Source of the DNA: Ylistrum balloti
Taxonomy: Eukaryota
NCBI RefSeq assembly: GCF_031769215.1
Contig: NW_026781982.1
Coordinates: 2,170,001-2,234,000, forward strand
Direction of reading: 5' to 3'
DNA: 64,000 nt
The position numbers and the translations under genes were made by a program. The notes below the pieces were generated by a model. That model was not told where the DNA came from and did no database searches. It saw nothing but the letters and a program-made list of their open reading frames with translations. Positions 59,821 to 64,000 of this stretch are shown one piece after another. The first letter of the stretch is position 1; each line of letters starts with the position of its first letter.

Positions 59821-62292
59821 TAATTGTGACCCCCCGAGAAAGAGTTATGTAGGGGATGTGATATTCACAGAATATTATACTAGTAGCCAATTAATCACGA
59901 GAAAATAAATAAACAAAACAGTTCTCTCGTATTATAGAAAATAGAATTAAAACGCGAATCGCATTTTGTAATTCTACCAAGTGTCGTCAAAATAATTTGG
60001 ACGAATGCGTAAGATTGACTACTAGTTATTAAAGACCTATAGGTAGTGGAGTCCTACAAGGAGTGTCCACAGACCCGTGGTACATTAACAGGGATGTCCA
60101 AAGATAAAAACAAACAAATTACAAAAACAGAGAAATCACAGCCTTCAGACATTCACAAACCGATAGTTGTTGTTAGTGGAAATAATAAATATGTTTAAAC
60201 TTCACAGCCTAATTTAAGCTATACTTACTGTGATATTGTAAAATTCCCCGTCTCCTTCTTACATAGGGAGGGTCGGACAGTGTGAAATAATGTTTAAAAT
60301 ATAAAAAAAAAAAAAAACAAATTCAAGAAATCAATAAATATTTGCATATGACGGTTTATATTCAATACATACAAGTATATTCATAACAGTTCATACCCAC
60401 ATAGACTAGTGGAATATGTAAAAGTCTTCCACGCCTGCTAAATTACGACTCCAGGACGTAAGGTTTATTAGAAGAACATTTATCATATTATGATCGCTGC
60501 TACTACAAATGAAACTCAAAAGTTAACTAATATTAGTTTTCCGCCAGAACAACCCCCGGAAACAAGCTATCATATACACCGATTCTTTGCGAGATTGTGT
60601 GAAGATATATGCACATAGATTGTAAAACCTGTACATTAGATCAAAGGTCATATATTTCGGAACACAGTTAATGGCGCCTTGCATTATCTCATATCGTATG
60701 GTTATTTTTAAGGTTGTTTTAAATATTGATGGCATGTTGACGATGCCTGCCTGGTAACCCTGTCAACGTGGTTACGGATGTGTTATGGAATCTGTGGGTA
60801 GGATGAATAGGAATTCGAAGAAAAAAATATTTACAAAAAATGTCATTGTTATAATCCTTTATACGCCGCGTCATTTACCAGAATATTGTTTTATTTTCAA
60901 AACTTACTGAAAAAGTTTTGAGTTACATCATTTGTGGTTATTTTGAAGTTTGTCCGAATAATCCCTCTTGACACCAAGTTGTAAAGGCGACCATACTAGC
61001 TGTATTAGACACGGTGATGTACCGTGTGAATGTCACCTTCCCTCCCTGATCTTCCTATTTACTCCAAGAACCGATAGAGAATTTCCCAATCAGCATTGAA
61101 CCCTAAAATTTCAACAACTATACTGAAGAAATTTGATTTAAAGGACCACTGTAGCCTTAAAATGATTCACGTGTTATTTAGCGCCTTCCGTAGCATGTTA
61201 TTTACCAAATATTCAAACTTTTTCATCTAAAACTACTAGATGTATTGCATGATGGATAGGTAGCACTCCAAGGACGCTAAAGTATCTAGAGTTGATGCCT
61301 TTCAAAAACCAAGAATTCTCATTGGTCGATCCAGACTCATTTTCAAGCATATTGATTACCAGAGATCTAAGCATATAAACTAATCAACATGCCATCCTGC
61401 CTTGCACTTTTATTTAAATCTTGTTGAAATTATTAAAACGTATGACATCTGTCAGTTTGGATTTCGTCGGGGTCGATGACTTTATGAAGGAGGGAGCAAT
61501 GTAAAAGTTCAGAGTACAGATCGCCTTACTAAATAGCCTTGGCATTAGGAATTTCCTGTAGGCAATAGATAGAGTGCCAGTTTGGCTAGAGACCGAAAGA
61601 TCCCAGATCACACCTTTAGGGATCAGGCCATTTTCATCACTGTTGGCTAATTAGTCACTGGAATTTCATATCGTATAAAGAAATACAATAGGGTTGGTGT
61701 TCAATTCAAACTTCTCTAAACTGGAGATTGTAATAATGAAAAAAATAAAGAAATAAGTAAAAAACAGAACATATAGTCAATTCAGAATGTCGACATGAAA
61801 GAGCGTTTTATAACTTCGGGAAGCAAGTGTATTACTATCTGGAAATGATAAAGCGTGTTCTACAGAACTTGGAATGATCACGTTTATCCTGGATCATGTC
61901 TAGATCTGTCCTTGTTGGTTGTGTTGTAGCATGTAACGAAAATTGAATTTTAAAAAAACACGATCCTGTAGATAGTGATGCCAAGACCCTTACTGATGAT
62001 GCACATTGTACTTGTACAAATTAATTTTACAGGTAAAATGAACACGGGCAATGTCCATGCCTCTGACACTCATCCATGTCTGCCATTGACACAGAGATAT
62101 CGAGAAACGGGGACAGTGGACAAGAGCATCCTGGACACAAATGTTAGAATTTCAATCAACTAGTCAAATGGAGTGTCCCGATTTAAAAAAATACTGACAT
62201 GTGAGAACTCTGGTACACAATTTACGTCTTGTTTCAATTTCATGAGAGCTACTACAAATGTATGTAGAACACTACGAATTAATGGATTGTTT

Positions 62293-62400
62293 TCAAGGAC
62301 GTTTTATATCATCCTATTAACAAGGACGCTTTCTGTCATCCTGTTCATAAGGACGCTTTCTATCATCCTGTTCACAAGGACGCTTTCTATCATCCAGTTC
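62293..62400. repeat. 27-bp tandem repeat, about 4 copies
   Basis: Unit CAAGGACGCTTTCTATCATCCTGTTCA. Confidence 0.85.
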
Positions 62401-63433
62401 CCTTGCTGCAATCAGCAGTTTTTTAATGTTCATTCTTTAGGACTATAAATGTCAGTAAAACAAATCTGTAAATATTTTGTAACAGTTCGATGCCATGTTT
62501 TGAAAGGGCATATGTAATACTAGTATGGTGTTCATGGAAGTACCTGTCAGTACCAAGATGGAGGATGGAGTCCGCGTCTGTCAATCGTCGAGTGAAACTG
62601 ACTGAATGCCTCTTTATGTCAAAAGCCAACAAGAAAATACCAATATGTCAACATAGTCAAAATCCAAACTCAGATTCAGTAGATATTGGGCAAAATGTGA
62701 ACAAAATGTTTAAACGGAGACTCCTGCAAAGGTACAAGCAGAATAAGACCAGTAGTTCCGGAAAAGTAAGAGTCATCTACTTTATCATCGATACTTGTCA
62801 ATGAAAAAAAAAAAGAAAAAAAATCATAGAATCGAATATTGTACACAAAAAGTGTTTATAATTACAACACCACGACTCTTTATTTTTGATATTCCAACAT
62901 ATAATTTGTCAAGTCATATACAAGAATCGTTAACGTAACATCTGAGTTCAAGTAGCATTGTTTAAATCCTACAGTGCTAAGAATGTGCCAACATCGACAA
63001 AATCAGCTGATCAATTTCTGTATGAGATGTTATATAAGTAAGTGGCTTGTATGAATTCTTTCTTTAAGCCTCACTGAATATCCCTAGTCAAACATGCTTA
63101 TAATTCACCTCAACGACCAGTTCATGTTAAAATGGGAAGGATACCGTAGAGGTAATTGGACTTTCTAGTTTTGGTTTTACTTACTGGCATAACCATAAAT
63201 AACCTGCAGTGTTGGCAAAGGATGTGTTGTTTTGTGCAACATTGAAATAATGGTCAAATTAATATTCCTATTTAAAAAACTTGACGGTTCCAGAGAAAAT
63301 TGGCAATTTTACTACTTTGAAATCTCGCTGACCTTTTACCCTATGACGTTGAAAATGAGTCCAAAAACAGTTTTTGCACCATTCAATAGACATCCTTTAA
63401 ATAAAAAGAAATTTAATGACTAAATCCATCATA

Positions 63434-63830
63434 TATATCACCAGAACTAGAAATCAAAGGTACGACAGACTCTTTTACACCAGCTGCTTATCTCGATCTT
63501 TTCCTCCAATGAAACCAATATTATACAGCTTGCAATCAAGCTGTATGATAAAGTTGATGATTTCAATTTCCCTCTTGTGAATTTTTCATTTCTGGATAGA
63601 AATATCCCTACATCTCCAACCTATGGTATTTACATGTCACATTTGATTCGTTATTCAAGGATCTGTTCCAATGATCTTAATTTTCGTTTAAGAAGTCGTC
63701 AAATAACTGACAATCTCATAACACAAGGGTTCAAAAGGTTTAGGATGATGGTAATTATGGGGACGTTTTATGGTCACCATAGTGATCTCATTTTGAAATA
63801 TTCTTTTTCTTTGTGCGACATGAAGCTATG
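63434..63830 (+). mobile_element. Penelope-like element RT C-terminal/thumb fragment (pseudogenised)
   Basis: Translates to YISPELEIKGTTD..AAYLDL* and, after a frameshift, KLYDKVDDFNFPLVNFSFLDRNIPTSPTYGIYMSHLIRYSRIC...QGF...FYGHH. This matches the YDKRDDF / YGVYISQLIRY signature of invertebrate PLE RTs. Subclade not determinable by eye. Confidence 0.7.
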
Positions 63831-64000
63831 GGTAAGAAATGGGTTAATCACTACAGCGAAGGATCATGCATTTCGTTAAAAGTATTTAAAATTGTATGGC
63901 ACGTAACAAAGTTTTCGCGCCCTAATCCCCACATAGAGGAACATTGTTACATGTCCCTATGAATACATATATACCTACCTGTGTCAATATTGTCTAGTTA

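Overview
AT-rich animal genomic DNA, most consistent with a bivalve mollusc given the Helentron/HINE-like repeats and marine-invertebrate-type LINEs. Four protein-coding genes are supported. Two are intronless, convergent, paralogous LRR + Ig + Ser/Thr-stalk + single-TM receptors (13127-14710 +, 23749-25494 -). The others are a 7-exon V-ATPase c'' proteolipid gene (ATP6V0B, 36823-40124 -) and an 8-exon RNF121-family RING ligase (48849-57271 -) carrying two consecutive U12-type introns. The window also holds a decayed CR1/L2-type LINE (2A-like/PHD/APE/RT) with a second LINE nested in it, several HINE-like elements, a Penelope-like RT fragment and about ten unrelated minisatellites; most long ORFs in the supplied track are minisatellite artefacts. 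The standout is a 45-bp 'minisatellite' whose whole repeat unit is a hammerhead ribozyme (CUGACGA / GUCC-UAGAA-GGAC / GAAA / palindromic ACAGCUGU stem III / GUA cleavage triplet / UGAUG-UAG-CAUCA stem I). It forms two same-strand arrays (about 13 and 14 units) bracketing the first LRR-Ig gene, plus decayed solo copies. Ribozyme activity and any functional link to the gene are inferred, not shown.
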